DNA from: the human T2T-CHM13v2.0 reference genome, Homo sapiens | Assembly (NCBI RefSeq): GCF_009914755.1 | Contig: NC_060925.1 | Length of the DNA stretch: 64,000 nt | Reading direction: 5' to 3' (one strand) | Part shown: piece after piece, positions 61,601-64,000 of the stretch | Layout: every line of letters begins with the position of its first letter | Position numbering within the stretch: position 1 is the first letter of the stretch | Position numbers and translations under genes: made by a program | The notes under the pieces: generated by a model | What the model saw: only the letters and a program-made list of their open reading frames with translations | What the model was told of the DNA's origin: nothing | The model's database searches: none

Positions 61601-64000
61601 AATTATCATGAAATTGAAATGGATGGACTCATCATCGAATGGATTCGAATGGAATCATCGAATAAAATTGATTGAAATCATCATCGAATGGAATCGAATG
61701 GTATCATTGAATGGAATCGAATGGAATCATCATCAGATGGAAATGAATGGAATCGTCATAGAATGGAATCGAATGGATTCATTGAATGGAATCAGATGGA
61801 ATCATCGAATGGACTGGAATGGAATCATTGAATGGACTCGAAAGGGATCATTATTGAATGGAATTGAATGGAATCATCGAATGGTCTCAATTGGAATCAT
61901 TATCAAATGGAATCGAATGGAATCACCGAATAGAATCGAATGGAACAATCATCGAATGGACTCAAATGGAATTATCCTCCAATGGAATCGAATGGAATTA
62001 TCGAATGCAATCGAATGGAATTATCGAATGCAATCGAATAGAATCATCGAATGGACTCGAATGGAATCATCGAATGGAATGGAATGGAACAGTCAATGAA
62101 CTCGAATGGAATCATCATTGAATGGAATCGAATGGAATCATCGAGTGGAATCGAATGGAATTATGATCAAATGGAATCGAATGTAATCATCATCAAATGG
62201 AATCAAAAATAACCATCATCAATTGGTATTGAATGGAATTGTCATCAAATGGAATTCAAAGGAATCATCATCAAATGGAACCGAATGGAATCCTCATTGA
62301 ATGGAAATGAAAGGGGTCATCATCTAATGGAATCGCATGGAATCATCATCAAATGGAATCGAATGGAATCATCATCAAATGGAATCTAATGGAATCATTG
62401 AACAGAATTGAATGGAATCGTCATCGAATGAATTGAATGCAATCATCGAATGGTCTCGAATGGAATCATCTTCTAATGGAAAGGAATGGAATCATCGCAT
62501 AGAATCGAATGGAATTATCATCGAATGGAATCGAATGGTATCAAAACCAAACGGAAAAAAACGGAATTATCGAATGGAATCGAAGAGAATCTTCGAACGG
62601 ACCCGAATGGAATCATCTAATGGAATGGAATGGAATAATCCATGGACTCGAATGCAATCATCATCGAATGGAATCGAATGGAATCATCGAATGGACTCGA
62701 ATGGAATAATCATTGAACGGAATCGAATGGAATCATCATCGGATGGAAACGAATGGAATCATCATCGAATGGAAATGAAAGGAGTCATCATCTAATGGAA
62801 TTGCATGGAATCATCATAAAATGGAATCGAATGGAATCAACATCAAATGGAATCAAATGGAATCATTGAACGGAATTGAATGGAATCGTCATCGAATGAA
62901 TTGACTGCAATCATCCAATGGTCTCGAATGGAATCATCTTCAAATGGAATGGAATGGAATCATCGCATAGAATCGAATGGAATTATCATCGAATGGAATC
63001 GAAAGGAATCAACATCCAACGGAAAAAAACGGAATTATCGAATGGAATCGAAGAGAATCATCGAATGGACCCGAATGGAATCATCTAATGGAATGGAATG
63101 GAATAATCCATGGACTCGAATGCAATCATCATCGAATGGAATCGAATGGAATCATCGAATGGACTCGAATGGAATAATCATTGAACAGAATCGAAAGGAA
63201 TCATCATCGGATGGAAATGAATGGAATCATCATCGAATGGAATCGAATAGAATTATGGAATGAAATCCAGTGTGATCATCATCGAATGGACCCGAATGGA
63301 ATCATCATCCAACGGAAGCTAATGGAATCAACATCGAATGAATCGAATGGAAACACCATCGAATTGAAACGAATGGAATTATCATGAAATTGAAATGGAT
63401 GGACTCATCATCGAATGGATTCGAATGGAATCATCGAATAAAATTGATTGAAATCATCATCGAATGGAGTCGAATGGTATCATTGAATGGAATCGAATGG
63501 AATCATCATCAGATGGAAATGAATGGAATCGTCATAGAATGGAATCGAATGGATTCATTGAATGGAATCAGATGGAATCATCGAATGGACTGGAATGGAA
63601 TCATTGAATGGACTCGAAAGGGATCATGATTGAATGGAATTGAATGGAATCATCGAATGGTCTCGATTGGAATCATTATCAAATGGAATCGAATGGAATC
63701 ACCGAATAGAATCGAATGGAACAATCATCGAATGGACTCAAATGGAATTATCCTCCAATGGAATCGAATGGAATTATCGAATGCAATCGAATGGAATTAT
63801 CGAATGCAATCGAATAGAATCATCGAAAGGACTCGAATGGAATCATCGAATGGAATGGAATGGAACAGTCAATGAACTCGAATGGAATCATCATTGAATG
63901 GAATCGAATGGAATCATCGAGTGGAATCGAATGGAATTATGATCAAATGGAATCGAATGTAATCATCATCAAATGGAATCAAAAATAACCATCATCAATT

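Larger units (their letters stand above)
1..63878. repeat. 36 complete tandem ~1776-bp units
   Basis: Landmark ORF start recurs at 310, 2091, 3867, 5617, 7393, 9174 ... 60636, 62412. Spacing is 1776 except 1781 (x4) and 1750 (x3). Once-per-unit landmarks include CCAGTGTGATC, GGAAGCTAA, ACAGTCAATGAAC and AAAAATAACC. Confidence 0.98.
1..64000. repeat. Human satellite II (HSat2/HSATII) array, GAATG strand on +; most likely the chromosome 1q12 1.77-kb family (D1Z1 / HSat2A-type)
   Basis: Entire window is degenerate GAATG with abundant ATCATCGAATG/TCGA motifs (23- and 26-bp monomers), typical of HSat2 rather than the purer (GGAAT)n of HSat3. The 1776-bp period with one EcoRI site matches the classical 1.77-kb chr1 repeat. 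Family call is near-certain; chromosome call is from established knowledge only. Confidence 0.97.

Noticed and set aside
310-63897. Several hundred short + strand ORFs (MESSSNE..., MELSSNG..., MNGIEWN...)
   Set aside because: They are translations of the GAATG repeat, which supplies an ATG every few bases and few stops. They overlap in several frames, have low-complexity MEWNG/IESNG content, repeat every unit and are freely broken by variants. No gene structure.
1-64000. CRISPR-like or other repeat-spacer system
   Set aside because: There are no unique spacers or associated genes; all intervening sequence is satellite and recurs every 1776 bp.
1-64000. Inversion, transposon insertion or array boundary
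   Set aside because: Unit spacing is accounted for throughout by 1776, -26 and +5 bp, leaving no room for an insertion, and the + strand never switches to CATTC.
1-64000. HSat3 (DYZ1 or chr9-type) or alpha-satellite identity
   Set aside because: No long (GGAAT)n runs, and ATCATCGAATG is pervasive. There is no 171-bp period. The 3552-bp periods are local dimers of the 1776-bp unit, not the ~3.6-kb DYZ1 unit.
1-64000. A regular fixed-length super-repeat (e.g. 7, 16 or 23 units)
   Set aside because: Marker cassettes recur at unequal spacings (16 and 7 units) and duplication offsets shift along the window; the pattern is a mosaic of block duplications.

Overview
The whole 64-kb window is one uninterrupted, single-orientation array of human classical satellite II (HSat2/HSATII). 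The + strand reads as degenerate GAATG (e.g. GAATCATCGAATG, 23/26-bp monomers; CATTC on the - strand). It is built from 36 complete, near-identical ~1.78-kb units plus a partial 37th: 29 units of 1776 bp, four of 1781 bp and three of 1750 bp. A single EcoRI site occurs in 33 of the 36 units. Unit length and EcoRI spacing fit the 1.77-kb chromosome 1q12 pericentromeric satellite (D1Z1/pUC1.77, HSat2A-type); this assignment comes from prior knowledge, not a search. I see no genes, RNA genes, transposons, CRISPR arrays or inversions, and all listed ORFs are satellite artefacts. I found no new coding system. The interesting signal is the array's evolutionary architecture, read from shared single-base variants: three internal paralogous segments per unit, three local 3552-bp dimer duplications, a three-unit indel cassette present three times, a long colinear duplication differing by five whole units, and apparent gene-conversion tracts. 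Unit numbering: unit 1 = 1-1781, unit 2 starts at 1782, and so on. Variants were spotted by eye, so the lists are not exhaustive.
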